Assembly (NCBI GenBank): GCA_963759985.1
Contig: CAVXBI010000002.1
Coordinates: 105,111 to 169,110, forward strand
Source of the DNA: an uncultured Alphaproteobacteria bacterium
Lineage (GTDB): Bacteria > Pseudomonadota > Alphaproteobacteria > Rhizobiales > Beijerinckiaceae
Length of the DNA stretch: 64,000 bases
Direction of reading: 5' to 3'
Shown: positions 1-13,865 of the stretch, in pieces
Numbering within the stretch: position 1 is the stretch's first letter
Layout of the letters: every line of letters begins with the position of its first letter
Notes under the pieces: generated by a model
Seen by the model: only the letters and a program-made list of their open reading frames with translations
What the model was told of the DNA's origin: nothing
The model's database searches: none
Program-made: the position numbers and the translations under genes

Positions 1-4
1 AAAC

Positions 5-1348
5 ATGTCGAACAATGCGGCGGTGACGGAGGATGGCGGCGAGATCGGTCGCGCCCAGGCCCTGCAGGCTCAGGCCTGTGGCGTCGCTCCTTCGAGCGAC
101 ATGAATCCGGTGCTGTTGAAGCCGCAAAGCGGCAGAGCGCAGATCATCGTCAAAGGCCGGCTGATCGGCCAGGCGGGCGCGGCCGATTTTCAGGCCACTA
201 AGCCGAAACTCCTCGCACAAGTCCTCGAAAGCTTTGGCCGCCTCAAGACGAAGGCCGATCTTGTCATCGTCGAAGGCGCCGGAAGCGCGTCCGAAGTCAA
301 TCTGCGCTTGGGTGACATCGCCAACATGGGTTTCGCCCGCGCTGCCGATGTGCCGGTGATCCTCATTGGCGACATTGATCGCGGCGGCGTCATCGCCCAG
401 ATCGTCGGTACGAAAGAGGTCATCGCGGCGGAAGATGCGGCGATGATCTCGGGCTTTCTCGTCAATAAGTTTCGCGGTGACCCCGATCTTTTTCTTGAAG
501 CGATGGGCTTCATCGAAAGCCGCACCGGCTGGAGGGCGTTGGGCCTCATCCCTTTTTGTGACGCCGCGGCTGTCTTGCCTGCGGAAGATTCGATGGCGCT
601 CAGCGCCAGGCCGGCGGCTGAGAAGCCGGCAGATCGTGCAGCCATCAAGATTGCCGTCCCGGTCCTGCCGGGGATCGCCAATTTCGATGATCTTGACCCT
701 TTGCGCATGGAGCCTGCCGTCAGCTTGGTCCTGGTGCGCAGCGGCGAATGCCTGCCGGCTGATGCCGACCTTATTCTTCTCATCGGCTCGAAGACGACGA
801 TTGCCGATCTTGCCGCCTTTCGTGCCGAGGGCTGGGATATTGATCTTGCCGCGCATTCGAGGCGCGGCGGCCGCGTCTTCGGCCTTTGCGGCGGCTATCA
901 GATGCTCGGCAAAAGGATCGCCGATCCGCTCGGTCTCGAAGGTCCGCCCCGCGAAGCGCAAGGGCTCGGGCTCCTCGATATCGAAACGGAAATGGCGACC
1001 GAGAAGATTTTGGCGCCGGTCTCCGGTACCGCTGTTGCCGGGGGCACGCCGTTCACCGGCTATGAGATCCATTGCGGGCGCACGTCCGGGGCCGATTGCG
1101 CCCGCCCGCTTCTGCGCTTCGCCGATGGGCGCTACGACGGCGCGGTCTCCGCCGATGGCCGAATCGCCGGCTGCTATGTGCATGGTTTCTTCGGCGGCGA
1201 CGCGCAGCGCCGCACCTTTCTCGCCCGGTTGGGGGCATCGCCGTCCGACGTGGCCTATGCGGAGCGTATCGAGCAAGCGCTCGACGCGGTCGCCGCGCAT
1301 CTCGAGGCGCATGTCGATCTCGACCTTTTGCTCAGCCTCGCGCGATGA
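5..1348 (+). CDS. cobQ: Cobyric acid synthase (5'-truncated by window edge)
   Basis: NMSNN, VEGAGS, DIDRGG, NFDD and [10 protein letters not shown] (glutaminase Cys) motifs; the true start lies upstream of the window. Confidence 0.95.
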   Translation: MSNNAAVTEDGGEIGRAQALQAQACGVAPSSDMNPVLLKPQSGRAQIIVKGRLIGQAGAADFQATKPKLLAQVLESFGRLKTKADLVIVEGAGSASEVNLRLGDIANMGFARAADVPVILIGDIDRGGVIAQIVGTKEVIAAEDAAMISGFLVNKFRGDPDLFLEAMGFIESRTGWRALGLIPFCDAAAVLPAEDSMALSARPAAEKPADRAAIKIAVPVLPGIANFDDLDPLRMEPAVSLVLVRSGECLPADADLILLIGSKTTIADLAAFRAEGWDIDLAAHSRRGGRVFGLCGGYQMLGKRIADPLGLEGPPREAQGLGLLDIETEMATEKILAPVSGTAVAGGTPFTGYEIHCGRTSGADCARPLLRFADGRYDGAVSADGRIAGCYVHGFFGGDAQRRTFLARLGASPSDVAYAERIEQALDAVAAHLEAHVDLDLLLSLAR

Positions 1349-2336
1349 GGACTGCGAGCCCGGCGAGCACCGCCCAATTCACGAGGCAGGCGCGGTGGTA
1401 GAGCCGCAAGGCGGTGCGGATGTCGCGGGCATCGAGATCGTCGCGGCCTTCGCCGATCCAAAGGTCTTGCCGGCTCCCTCCGCCTTTCTTTTGCGTATAG
1501 ATGCGCGGGCCGCCGAGCCGGAAGGAAAGCGCACCGGCCATGGCCGCTTCGGGCCAGCCGGCGTTGGGGGAGGGATGGCCGCTCGCATCGCGCGCGACGC
1601 AGCGCCAAGCGCCTTCAGTCGAGGCTTCCGGCATGAGCAAGGCTGCAAGGCCGATCCACAGAGCCGCGAGCCGCGCCGCCGGCCAATTGGCGAGATCGTC
1701 GAACTTGGCGGCGGCCAAGCCGAAATCGGCATGGCGCGGCGTCAAATGCCCGATCATGCTGTCGGCCGTGTTGATCGCTTTATAGAGTGCCCCGCCGCAA
1801 AGCCCGAAGATCGCCATCCAAAAAGCCGGCGCGACGACGCCGTCGCAAAAACCTTCAGCGAGGCTTTCGATTGCCGCGCGGGCGATGCCGGCCCGATCGA
1901 GCCCGCTCGTTTCGCGCCCGACGATTTTGCCGACAGCAATTCGCGCCGCTTCGAGGCCTTCATGCTCAAGGGCCGCGGCGACGGCGCGAACATGCTGATC
2001 GAGGCTGCGCTGAGCCAGCAGCGTCGAGGCAAAAAGCGCGAGGATAAGGAGACTGAGCGGCGCCGGCTTCGCTGAGGCAAACACGATCCAGGTCAGCGCT
2101 TGCGCCGGAAGGCCGGCGGCCAGGAGCACCAAGCCGAGCGCGACCAGGCCAAACGACCTCCGCCGCGCCGGGCTTGCCTTGGCGTCGTTGAGATGCGCCT
2201 CTAGGAAAGCGATCAGCCGGCCGATCCAGATGACGGGATGGCCGATCGCTCGCAACAGCATTTCAGGGTAGCCAGCGAGCGCCTCGAGGGCGAGAGCGGT
2301 GGCGGCGAGCGCGGTGGTAAAGGCAAGAACATGCAT
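1332..2336 (-). CDS. cobD: Adenosylcobinamide-phosphate synthase CobD/CbiB
   Basis: GHPVx[27 protein letters not shown] and [15 protein letters not shown] motifs; adjacent to cobQ. Confidence 0.95.
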   Translation of the reverse strand: MHVLAFTTALAATALALEALAGYPEMLLRAIGHPVIWIGRLIAFLEAHLNDAKASPARRRSFGLVALGLVLLAAGLPAQALTWIVFASAKPAPLSLLILALFASTLLAQRSLDQHVRAVAAALEHEGLEAARIAVGKIVGRETSGLDRAGIARAAIESLAEGFCDGVVAPAFWMAIFGLCGGALYKAINTADSMIGHLTPRHADFGLAAAKFDDLANWPAARLAALWIGLAALLMPEASTEGAWRCVARDASGHPSPNAGWPEAAMAGALSFRLGGPRIYTQKKGGGSRQDLWIGEGRDDLDARDIRTALRLYHRACLVNWAVLAGLAVLIARG

Positions 2337-3341
2337 GAAGGTCGGGTGTTAGCCGCGGAAAGCCATGGCGGCAATCTTGCCGAGGCGCGCCGTCTCTTTC
2401 CGCAAGCGCCCGAGCCTTGGCTCGATCTCTCGGCGGCGGCCAATCCGCACGCCTATCCGGTCGATCTCTCAGCTGAGCTTTTTGCGCGGCTGCCGGAAGA
2501 GGCGGAGTTGCGCCGGCTCGAAGAAGCGGCGGCGGAATTTTATGGCGCAGCTGATGCAACGTGGGTTGTCGCCGCGCCAGGGACGCAGGCGCTGATCCAA
2601 TGGCTGCCACAACTCATCCCTTCGCGACACGTAAGGATCTTGGGCTTCACCTACAGCGAACACGCGCGGAGCTGGCGCAATGCAGGCGTGAGCGTTTCGA
2701 TCTGTCAAAGCCTTGAAGACTTGGCGGAGGCGGAGGTCGCGGTTGTCGTCAACCCGAACAATCCGGACGGGCGGCGCGTCGCGGCCAGCGATCTACGCGA
2801 TCTGGCCGCGCGGCTTGGCAGGCGCGGCGGTTTCCTCGTCGTTGACGAGGCTTTCGTCGATTTCCTGCCGCGGGAGGCGAGCCTGGTTTCGGCCATGCCG
2901 TCGGCCGGCGCGATCGTGTTGCGGTCTTTTGGCAAGCCGTTCGGCCTGCCGGGCCTGCGGCTTGGCTTTGCGATCGCCCCGCCGGATCTTGGCGCGAAAC
3001 TGCGCATCGCGCTGGGTCCTTGGCCGGTTTCGAGCGCGGCGATTGCGATCGGCCGCAAGGCTTTCGCGGATCGTGCGTGGCTTGCCCAGATCGGCATGGC
3101 TCTTGTCATCGACGCCTTGAAGCTCGATGCGGTTCTCGCACAGGGAGGCTTTACGGCGGACGGCTGCACGCCGTTGTTTCGTCTGGTCTGGCACCTGGAG
3201 GCCGCCGCGATGTTCGAGCGGCTCGGCAAAGCCGGTATTTGGGCGCGGCGGTTTGCGGAAAGGCCGGAATGGCTGCGGTTTTCGGTGCCGGGCAATGAGG
3301 CCCAGCTAGGCCGTCTCGCCGCCGCGTTGGCCTATTCTTGA
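2331..3341 (+). CDS. cobC: Threonine-phosphate decarboxylase CobC (PLP-dependent)
   Basis: HGGN, VNPNNPDG, VDEAFVDF and LRSFGK motifs; likely start ATG 2331 or GTG 2346. Confidence 0.9.
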   Translation: MHEGRVLAAESHGGNLAEARRLFPQAPEPWLDLSAAANPHAYPVDLSAELFARLPEEAELRRLEEAAAEFYGAADATWVVAAPGTQALIQWLPQLIPSRHVRILGFTYSEHARSWRNAGVSVSICQSLEDLAEAEVAVVVNPNNPDGRRVAASDLRDLAARLGRRGGFLVVDEAFVDFLPREASLVSAMPSAGAIVLRSFGKPFGLPGLRLGFAIAPPDLGAKLRIALGPWPVSSAAIAIGRKAFADRAWLAQIGMALVIDALKLDAVLAQGGFTADGCTPLFRLVWHLEAAAMFERLGKAGIWARRFAERPEWLRFSVPGNEAQLGRLAAALAYS

Positions 3342-3426
3342 TCTCCCGAACCTCGTTCGATATTCCAAACAGAATCGTATACTATCCGGGACAATACCGC
3401 CCATTCCCGGAGAGGCGACGCATCCT

Positions 3427-4044
3427 ATGGGTATCGAAGGTCGCGACAAGATGAAGGCGCTCGAGGCCGGCGCCTTCGCCGTCTCGGGCCAGCTCGGCAA
3501 GACCGTGCAGCGGCTGCGCAAGGCCTATAACCTGTCGCTTTCCGAGCTTTCGGAGCAATCGGGCGTCGCCAAATCGATCATCAGCCAGATCGAGCGCAAC
3601 GAGACCAATCCGACGCTCGCCACGATCTGGCGTCTGGCGCAGGCGCTGGACGTGTCGATCGAGGGCGTGCTGCAGGTCAGCGAGGACGAGCCTTTTCTCG
3701 AAAAGGCCTCGAAGGGCGACACGCCGATCCTCGTCTCCGACGACGGCAAGTGCCATCTCGCGATCATCGGCTGGATCAAGACCGTCGAATGGCTGCAATG
3801 GTACGGGTTTTTCGCCGAGGCGGGCGGCGTGCTCGAATCCGACCCGCATCAGCGCGGCTCGGTCGAATGTCTTTCGGTGACCGACGGCGAGCTCGAGGTC
3901 GAAGTCGGCGGCGTGATCGAACATGCCAAGGCCGGCGAGACCTTGCGCTATCGCTGCGACAGGCCGCACGTCATCCGCAATCTCTCGGAAAAGACCGCCT
4001 CGGCGATGATGGTGTGCATCCTCAAGGCGGCGGCGATGGAATAG
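3427..4044 (+). CDS. XRE-family HTH + cupin transcriptional regulator
   Basis: N-terminal HTH (SLSELSEQSGVAKSIISQIERNETNPTL) and C-terminal cupin (H.GSVECL.V..GEL, YRCDRPH). Confidence 0.9.
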   Translation: MGIEGRDKMKALEAGAFAVSGQLGKTVQRLRKAYNLSLSELSEQSGVAKSIISQIERNETNPTLATIWRLAQALDVSIEGVLQVSEDEPFLEKASKGDTPILVSDDGKCHLAIIGWIKTVEWLQWYGFFAEAGGVLESDPHQRGSVECLSVTDGELEVEVGGVIEHAKAGETLRYRCDRPHVIRNLSEKTASAMMVCILKAAAME

Positions 4045-4050
4045 GGCGCG

Positions 4051-4956
4051 CTAGTGACGTGCGCCTATCGCGTTCTTTCGGCCGAGACGGTATCCGCAGT
4101 GCGGACAGATCGCGTCGGCCGCGTGATGGATCGCCTTTGGATCATGCGCCGCAGGCGCGCCGCTGACGGCATCGTCCTTCGATTTGCCCGAAAGCTCGCG
4201 CCGGAGCTTGAGCTGGTTCAGGAAGCCGACGGTGATCAGACCGGAAAACAAGGCGAGCGTGCCGATACCGATGACCGAGATCGCCCCGCCGAGGATCCGC
4301 CCGGCGACGGTTACCGGCACCATGTCGCCGTAGCCGACGGTGGTAATGGTCTCGATCGCCCACCACATGCCGGCGGGGATCGATGTGAAGACTTCGGGCT
4401 GCGCGGCGCCCTCGATCATATACATGAGCGCGCCGCTGATCGTTAACGTCAGGCATATGACAAAGACGAGCGCGCCGATCGCTTGCGCTTCTTCGACGAG
4501 CACGGCCCAAAGCAGGCCGAAGACAGTCGAGTGACGGGTCAGCTTGAGCATCCGCAACAGACGCAGCAGCCGGATCACCCGGAAATCGCCCGCGCCCAAA
4601 ACGCCGAGCAAGGCCGGCAGGACGGCGATCAGGTCGATGAGCGGGAAGAAGCCGCGCATATAAGCAAGCCGCCCCCAGAAGGGCTGGCGGAATCGGCCGC
4701 CGCTGAGGTCGACGGCGGTCCAGACACGAAGCACATATTCCACCGCGAAGAACGCAGTTGCGCCGGCTTCGATCGCTATGAAAACCGCAGCATACCGAAG
4801 GCGGATCGATTCGACCGACTCCATGATCACCGCGGCGACATTGACGATGATCAGCGTCGCAAGCAGCGCGTTGAAGATCCGGACGGTTCTGGTCTGCGGC
4901 GCGTCATCATCGAAGAGGCTGCTCAGGCGGCGACGCAAGTTACTGCTTTGCAGCAC
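4051..4956 (-). CDS. Voltage-gated potassium channel / ion transporter
   Basis: TTVGYGD selectivity filter, S4-like RVIRLLRLLRMLKL, six hydrophobic segments. Confidence 0.92.
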   Translation of the reverse strand: MLQSSNLRRRLSSLFDDDAPQTRTVRIFNALLATLIIVNVAAVIMESVESIRLRYAAVFIAIEAGATAFFAVEYVLRVWTAVDLSGGRFRQPFWGRLAYMRGFFPLIDLIAVLPALLGVLGAGDFRVIRLLRLLRMLKLTRHSTVFGLLWAVLVEEAQAIGALVFVICLTLTISGALMYMIEGAAQPEVFTSIPAGMWWAIETITTVGYGDMVPVTVAGRILGGAISVIGIGTLALFSGLITVGFLNQLKLRRELSGKSKDDAVSGAPAAHDPKAIHHAADAICPHCGYRLGRKNAIGARH

Positions 4957-5046
4957 GTGGCGCTCTTGTTCAATGGGACGGCCTGAAACCCTAGCTGGGC
5001 AGAATGAAGCAATTTTGACGTAAGGCCCGCGCCGAGCCTGATCCCG

Positions 5047-6028
5047 TCAGCCCCAAAGCGCTGGCGACGGCGGATGAACCAGCGAGCCTTCGTAAAGGAG
5101 CCCGCCCGGGCGATCCTTCGCCAGCAACAACGGCCCGTCGAGATCGACGAATTTTGCTTTGCCGGCCAGCAGCAGGGCAGGGGCAACGCCAAGCGACGTG
5201 CCGACCATGCTGCCGATCATCAGATCATATCCGAGCCGTTCCGCTTCGGCGACGAGGGCGATGGCCGCGGTGAGACCGCCGGCCTTGTCGAGTTTGACGT
5301 TGACCGCCTCGTAACGCCCGCGCAAATCCGCGAGATCGTCCGCCTCATGACACGACTCATCGGCGCAGATCGGGACGGGATGAGCGATCGTCGCCAGCAT
5401 CGCGTCTTCGGCCGCCGGCAAGGGTTGTTCGATGAGCAGGACCCCGTGTTCCGCGCAGGCTTCGAGGTTCGGCATCAAATCCTGCGCCGACCAGGCTTCG
5501 TTTGCATCGACGATGAGTTTTGCATGCGGCGCCGCGGCGCGCACCGCAGCCAATCGTTGCGGATCGCCGGCTCCGCCGAGTTTCAGTTTGAGAAGCGGGC
5601 GGTGAGCGCTGGCCTTCGCCGCCGCGGCCATGGCTTGCGGCGTGCCAAGCGAGATCGTGAAGGCGGTGGTCACAGGGACCGGGGGATCGAGACCTGCGAG
5701 CCTATGGGCAGAAACGCCGCGTCGCTTGGCCTCGAAATCCCACAATGCGCAATCGAGCGCGTTGCGGGCCGCGCCCCGCGGCATCAAATTCTGCAGATCG
5801 GCGTTGCCGGCGCCAGCCTCGATGGCAGATCGAACTGCTTCGATCTGCGCCAGAACGCGTTCGAGGCTTTCCCCATAGCGTGCGTAAGGTACGCATTCGC
5901 CACTCCCGCGGATCCCGACCGATTTCGAGCGTTGCGACAACGACGCTTGCTTGCGTCTTGGCGCCGCGCGAGATGACGAAAGAACCGGCGATGGGAAATT
6001 GTTCGACCGTGACGCTGAGGCGCGGCAT
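5047..6028 (-). CDS. dgcA: L-Ala-D/L-Glu epimerase / N-acetyl-D-Glu racemase (enolase superfamily), apparent +1 frameshift near 5915
   Basis: N-terminus FPIAGSFVISRGAKT in ORF 5702..6028 continues as GECVPYARYGE, KLKLG, VDANE, EQPL and CADES in ORF 5047..5940. Confidence 0.85.
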
Positions 6029-6033
6029 CGCCG

Positions 6034-6858
6034 TCAGTCGGGACTGCTGCTGCTGTCACTGCCGAAGTTTCTATGATGGTGATGCCCATGCCTCGGAGTC
6101 GTGTCGCTTGTGTCCGTTGTGCCTGCGGACGAATCGGTCGAGGCGGTCTCGGCCTGGGGCTGTTTCTTCCCGTTGCCGCCCGAGTCGAATCCGACCTTGA
6201 TCGTGTAACTTTGCGCGAAATTATCGACCGCGGGAACGCTGAGAGGATCGGTCACGAGAGTGAAGGGAGCCTCGGTCTGGCCGTCGGCCACGCTGGTCGG
6301 GACCTGATAGAGCTTGCTGATGACAGGGCTCCCGTCGTTGACGTTGATGATTGCGACACGAATCGGCGCGGGAAAAGCCCCGGGACTTCCGGCCGGCCCA
6401 AGCAGGACTCTGCCTGCGACGCCAACCTTCATGGCGACCTGGCCGCCGCTGACTTGGCAATCGCGCGCCACGTCTTCGATGGAGAATTGATAACGCACGG
6501 TCTCGTTCGATTGCTCGTTCCCCGGCGCATAGACGCGATCGGCGGAAGTGCCATAGAGGATCTGGATTTCGGGGCAGACGATCGGGTCGGTCGGCTTCGG
6601 CTGTTTCGGCAAGGGCTTGAACTCGACGAGCGCCATAAGATTCGAGAGCTTGACCTGCGTGGGGTCGTCGACGTCGAAGCTGCCGGTGTTGCGGCTGCAG
6701 CCGGCAAGCGCGAAAACGGCGGCGATCGCGAAAGGCCAAGCGACGCACAGCGCCCGTTTCAGCCGGGGCGTCGTTCCATCATTCCCGCCAAAATGCGCTT
6801 CCGCGAGAAAAACAATCACCGCAGCACGTCCAACATTTGCTTGAGCATGCCGTTGCAT
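6034..6858 (-). CDS. Conserved hypothetical lipoprotein
   Basis: Lipobox-like FALAGC, CPEI..RDC pattern, low-complexity His-rich tail; start uncertain. Confidence 0.65.
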   Translation of the reverse strand: MQRHAQANVGRAAVIVFLAEAHFGGNDGTTPRLKRALCVAWPFAIAAVFALAGCSRNTGSFDVDDPTQVKLSNLMALVEFKPLPKQPKPTDPIVCPEIQILYGTSADRVYAPGNEQSNETVRYQFSIEDVARDCQVSGGQVAMKVGVAGRVLLGPAGSPGAFPAPIRVAIINVNDGSPVISKLYQVPTSVADGQTEAPFTLVTDPLSVPAVDNFAQSYTIKVGFDSGGNGKKQPQAETASTDSSAGTTDTSDTTPRHGHHHHRNFGSDSSSSPD

Positions 6859-6983
6859 GTCCGGAGGCAATTCCAATCTACGAAACAGGAGTTCAATCGA
6901 CCAACTCTACAGCAGAAATTTGCTCGCGTGCAGTCCCGCGACGGGCGAAGCTCTTTGGTCGCGTTTGGCGCGATTTTTCAAAC

Positions 6984-7526
6984 TCAAGGCAAGGCGTCGA
7001 ACCCTTCCCCAAACCCATTCAGGGCGAGCGGAATGCCGATCCCTTCTTCCGGTGTTTGGAAGATGATGAAGGTCGCATTATGGCCATTCTTCATCTGATT
7101 GATCAGCTTATCCTCCATGACGACCTCGGCGATGCAGCCGGTCGGCAGACAGCGCACGAAGCCGGCGCGGCCGATGTCGGTGTCATCGATCTTCAGCCCG
7201 AGGCCTGAGGGGAGCAACACGCCGAGCGGCGCGATGACCCGCAGCAGACGGCTTTTGCCGTCCGCGGTCTTGAGCACGATCACGACGAGATTGATGTTCG
7301 GCCGGTCTTCCGCCGCGACGCTCTGCAACAGCGCGCATTGTTCATGCACGGCGCCGGGCGGCGTCTCACAGCGTAACTCCCAATCGCCGTGTTTGGCTTT
7401 GACGACGCCTTGTGACGAACCTGAGCTCGCTGCGCCGCACACAAGGAAGGCCGAGAGGCCGAGAATCATTGGAAGCCGGGCGACGAACATGCCGCGGCGA
7501 TGTGCATTTAGGTCTGTCATCCTCAT
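6984..7526 (-). CDS. ialB: Invasion-associated locus B (IalB) family protein
   Basis: HGDWELRC...C, LRVIAPLGVLLPSGLGL, FVRCLPTGC. Confidence 0.85.
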   Translation of the reverse strand: MRMTDLNAHRRGMFVARLPMILGLSAFLVCGAASSGSSQGVVKAKHGDWELRCETPPGAVHEQCALLQSVAAEDRPNINLVVIVLKTADGKSRLLRVIAPLGVLLPSGLGLKIDDTDIGRAGFVRCLPTGCIAEVVMEDKLINQMKNGHNATFIIFQTPEEGIGIPLALNGFGEGFDALP

Positions 7527-7954
7527 TCCCTTGCCGTTGGGCGGCCCGGGCGGGCGCGCCCCTGCGCCCGTTTTCGCTAGGTCGGCAAAGCGCGGCATTT
7601 ATGCCGCAATCGAATCGAGATCGTGACGCAAACCCCAGCATTTCATTAGCCCATTGCAGGCCGGTTGGAAATGCGCACTGCCCTTCAAACGCCAACGCTC
7701 AAGCAGCGCCTTGGTTGGCGTGCCCCGCGCTCCCTTCGATGCCTGCGATGAAATCGACGGCCGCAGGGTCGCTGCACCGCGAAATAGCGGCTTTTGCAAG
7801 GCCTCGCGCGTTTATGCCGCAAGCGGGGGACGGACCAGGCGTGTTGCGCGAAATAAATCTTTGTGGTTTGGAACGAGTTAGCCACGAATTGCTCGGCCGC
7901 CCGAAGCGGAAAGAGAGAACGAATGTGAGCCGTGGCAGGGGAGCGACGAAATTC

Positions 7955-10544
<2,590 letters not shown>

Positions 10545-10696
10545 TGGGAGATCTTGCCCAGCTGCTCATTGAAGACGCCGAGGGCGAAAGGCCAGAACAT
10601 GTCGAGGCGTAAGGTGCGGTCGAGGGATCCGATTTTGTCCCCGCGTGTTTTGCGCCCGGAGCGCGGTCTCGATCACCGTTTTGCGCAAGCCTTGCC

Positions 10697-11638
10697 ATGA
10701 CATTCATCGAGGAAAGCAGCGGGGCAGCCAGGGTCACGGCGATTTCGGCCGCTGGCCCGGGCGATTACATCGCGCTCCTGAAACCGCGGGTGATGTCGCT
10801 CGTCATATTCACGGCGCTCACCGGGCTTTTGCTTTCACCTCAGCACGTCAACATCGTCATCGGCTTTGCTTCGCTTCTGGCGATCGCGATCGGCGCCGGC
10901 GCCTCCGGTGCTCTCAACATGTGGTATGACGCGGACATCGATGCCGTGATGCGCCGCACGCGTCGGCGTCCGATCCCGACCGGCAAGGTGACCGGCCAAG
11001 AGGCTCTGGCCTTCGGGCTGACTTTGGCGGTCTTTGCGGTCCTGACGCTCGGCCTCGTCGCCAATCTGCTCGCCGCTGCACTTCTGGCCTTCACCATCTT
11101 CTTCTACGTCGTGATCTATACGATGTGGCTCAAGCGTTCGACCCCGCAGAACATCGTCATCGGCGGAGCCGCCGGAGCATTGCCGCCGCTTGTCGGCTAT
11201 GTTGCGGCGAGCGGCCAGGTGAGTCTTGCCGCGCTCGTGCTCTTCGCCATCATCTTTGTCTGGACCCCGCCGCATTTTTGGGCTTTGGCGCTGGTGCGCT
11301 CCGCCGAATATGACTGCGCCGGCGTGCCGATGATGCCGAATGTCAAAGGCGCCGACCACACAAGGCTCGAGATCCTCATCTATAGTCTGGTTCTGGCGGT
11401 GCTCGGCGTGTTGCCCTTCATTCTCGGCTTTGCCTCGCTCGTATATGGCTGCCTTAGCGCCGTCCTTGGCGTTGCTTTCGTCGGTTTGGCGCTCAGGGTC
11501 TATCGCGTCCGCAGCGGCGACGCCGCCAACAAAAGCGCCATGCGTCTCTTCGGCTTTTCGATTCTCTATCTCTTTTTGCTGTTCGCCGAACTTTTGTGCG
11601 AGCGCCTGGTCGCGCTTGCCATCGAATTCGCGAGGTGA
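10697..11638 (+). CDS. ctaB: Protoheme IX farnesyltransferase (heme O synthase)
   Basis: [44 protein letters not shown]. Confidence 0.96.
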   Translation: MTFIEESSGAARVTAISAAGPGDYIALLKPRVMSLVIFTALTGLLLSPQHVNIVIGFASLLAIAIGAGASGALNMWYDADIDAVMRRTRRRPIPTGKVTGQEALAFGLTLAVFAVLTLGLVANLLAAALLAFTIFFYVVIYTMWLKRSTPQNIVIGGAAGALPPLVGYVAASGQVSLAALVLFAIIFVWTPPHFWALALVRSAEYDCAGVPMMPNVKGADHTRLEILIYSLVLAVLGVLPFILGFASLVYGCLSAVLGVAFVGLALRVYRVRSGDAANKSAMRLFGFSILYLFLLFAELLCERLVALAIEFAR

Positions 11639-11643
11639 GAGGC

Positions 11644-11811
11644 ATGAACACGGAGCACGAGCCCGAAGGCATCGTCCTCACGTCGGAACAGCTTAAAAGC
11701 CGGCGGCAGCGCAATATCGCCATCGGGCTCGCGGTCGGCTTTCTGGTTCTGCTCTTTTACGCCGTGACGATCGTCAAGGTCGGTCCGGGCGTTCTCAATC
11801 GACCCTTGTGA
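11644..11811 (+). CDS. Small single-TM protein of cox operon (CoxF-like)
   Basis: 55 aa, RRQRNIAIGLAVGFLVLLFYAVTIVK; located between ctaB and ctaG. Confidence 0.8.
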   Translation: MNTEHEPEGIVLTSEQLKSRRQRNIAIGLAVGFLVLLFYAVTIVKVGPGVLNRPL

Positions 11812-11812
11812 T

Positions 11813-12415
11813 ATGGCTGCTTCTCGTAATTCCTCCAGCATACGTTCGGGCCGCGACGCCTGGATCGCCGTTGGCGTCGTGGTGGCATCCCTGTCGATGC
11901 TCGGGCTCTCTTTCGCCGCCGTGCCGCTTTACCGGATTTTCTGCGCCAGAACCGGGTTCGCCGGGACGACGCAGGTCGCCAAAGCAGCGCCCGGCATCAA
12001 AGGCACGCGCATGCTGATCGTGCGCTTCGATGCCAATGTTGCGCCGGGCCTCAATTGGAGCTTTGCGCCGGAGATGGGTCAGGTCAAATTGCTGACGGGC
12101 AAGACCGCGACAGTATTCTTCAAGGTCACCAACCTGTCGGATGCCGAAACGGCGGCACGCGCCGCCTACAACGTCTCGCCCGGACAGATGGGCGCCTATT
12201 TCGACAAGCTCGCCTGTTTCTGTTTTACCGAGCAGCATCTGGGCCCGCATCAGACCGCGGAAATGCCGGTGGTCTTCTTCCTCGATCCGGCGCTCGAACA
12301 TGACGAGACGATGAACGGGATCGATGAGATCACGCTTTCCTATACATTCTATCCACGGCCGGTCGTCACCCCGCTAACAGCGGCGACCGAGAGCGGAAAC
12401 GGGCCACGACTTTGA
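11813..12415 (+). CDS. ctaG: Cytochrome c oxidase assembly protein CtaG/Cox11
   Basis: AAVPLYRIFC..TG, YFDKLACFCF, ITLSYTF. Confidence 0.96.
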   Translation: MAASRNSSSIRSGRDAWIAVGVVVASLSMLGLSFAAVPLYRIFCARTGFAGTTQVAKAAPGIKGTRMLIVRFDANVAPGLNWSFAPEMGQVKLLTGKTATVFFKVTNLSDAETAARAAYNVSPGQMGAYFDKLACFCFTEQHLGPHQTAEMPVVFFLDPALEHDETMNGIDEITLSYTFYPRPVVTPLTAATESGNGPRL

Positions 12416-12523
12416 GGACGATGCGTCGCCTTGACCGAAGGCGGCAAACGGGGCAAACGGCGAGGCAAGCGGGTCTGCGCACCGCTGCCAGAAGGGCCGG
12501 AACTTAGGAGAGGGGACAGACTG

Positions 12524-13387
12524 ATGGCGGAAGCCCACACAAAGCAAAACCACGACTATCACCTCGTCGATCCGAGCCCCTGGCCGATCCTCGGGGCGTT
12601 GGGCGCTTTCATGATGGCCCTTGGCGGCATCATGTGGATGAAGTCCATCGTCCTCTTCGACATGAAACCGGGCAGCTACATTTTCGGCGCCGGCCTCATC
12701 CTGGTTCTCTACGTGATGGCATCCTGGTGGCTCGACGTCATCAAGGAAGCAGAACACGGCGGCCATCACACGCCGGTCGTTGCCATTGGCCTTCGTTACG
12801 GCATGATCTTGTTCATCGCCTCCGAAGTGATGTTCTTCGTTGCTTGGTTCTGGGCGTTTTTCGACGCCAGCCTGTTTTCGGGCGAACAGATCCAATATGC
12901 GCGGGTTGCCTTCACCGGCGGTCATTGGCCGCCGAAGGGCATCGAAGTGCTCGATCCCTGGCATTTTCCGCTGCTTAACACGATCATCCTTTTGACGTCG
13001 GGCACGACGGTCACTTGGGCGCACCACGCTCTGCTGAACAACGACCGCGCCAATCTGAGGAACGGCCTCGTCCTCACAATTCTGCTCGGCATCTCCTTCA
13101 CCTGCATTCAGGCCTACGAATACATCCATGCGCCCTTCAACTTCAAAGGTTCGATCTATGGCTCGACCTTCTTCATGGCGACAGGCTTCCACGGTTTCCA
13201 TGTCATCATCGGAACGATCTTCCTGACAGTCTGCCTGATCCGCGCCGTTGCCGGGCAGTTTACGCCGCAGCGCCATCTCGGCTTCGAGTTCGCCGCTTGG
13301 TATTGGCATTTCGTCGACGTGGTCTGGCTGTTCCTGTTCTCCTGCATCTATGTTTGGGGCTCATGGGGCGCCCCGATGGAGCATTGA
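12524..13387 (+). CDS. coxC: Cytochrome c oxidase subunit III
   Basis: HDYHLVDPSPWP, FIASEVMFF, ATGFHGFHV, AAWYWHFVDVVW; strong SD before ATG 12524. Confidence 0.97.
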   Translation: MAEAHTKQNHDYHLVDPSPWPILGALGAFMMALGGIMWMKSIVLFDMKPGSYIFGAGLILVLYVMASWWLDVIKEAEHGGHHTPVVAIGLRYGMILFIASEVMFFVAWFWAFFDASLFSGEQIQYARVAFTGGHWPPKGIEVLDPWHFPLLNTIILLTSGTTVTWAHHALLNNDRANLRNGLVLTILLGISFTCIQAYEYIHAPFNFKGSIYGSTFFMATGFHGFHVIIGTIFLTVCLIRAVAGQFTPQRHLGFEFAAWYWHFVDVVWLFLFSCIYVWGSWGAPMEH

Positions 13388-13494
13388 AGCATCCGCCAGC
13401 GCGCATCTCGGGAGATTGGCATCTGCGCTCCAATCCTTGGAGCAATCCTCTTTGAGTCGGTCTTGGCCGCGCAATGGAGCCGCGATGCGCGGCA

Positions 13495-13861
13495 GTGACG
13501 AAATCGGCTGTCGACCGCGATTTTGACCGGCCTTGCCGGACGTTGTCCGCGCTGTCACCGCGGTTCCATTTTCTCCGGCTTCCTCGATGTCGCTCCGGCG
13601 TGCAAATCATGCGGGCTGAATTTCGGCTTCGCCGACGCCGGAGACGGTCCCGCCGTTTTCGTGATGTTGTTCGGCGGGTTTCTGGTGGTCGGCGCGGCGC
13701 TCTGGACGGAAGTCGTCTTTGAGCCGCCGTTCTGGGTCTATCTTGTCGTCTTTCTGCCGCTGACGGCGATCGTCTGCGTCGGAATGTTGCGGCCGCTGAA
13801 AGGCCTGTTGATCGCCTTGCAATATCGCAACAAGGCGGAGCAGGGCCGGCTCGAGAGTTGA
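13495..13861 (+). CDS. DUF983-family membrane protein (possible +1 frameshift near 13507)
   Basis: GLAGRCPRC..G, C..CG...ADAGDGPA; typical position after coxC. Confidence 0.8.
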
Positions 13862-13865
13862 ACCT

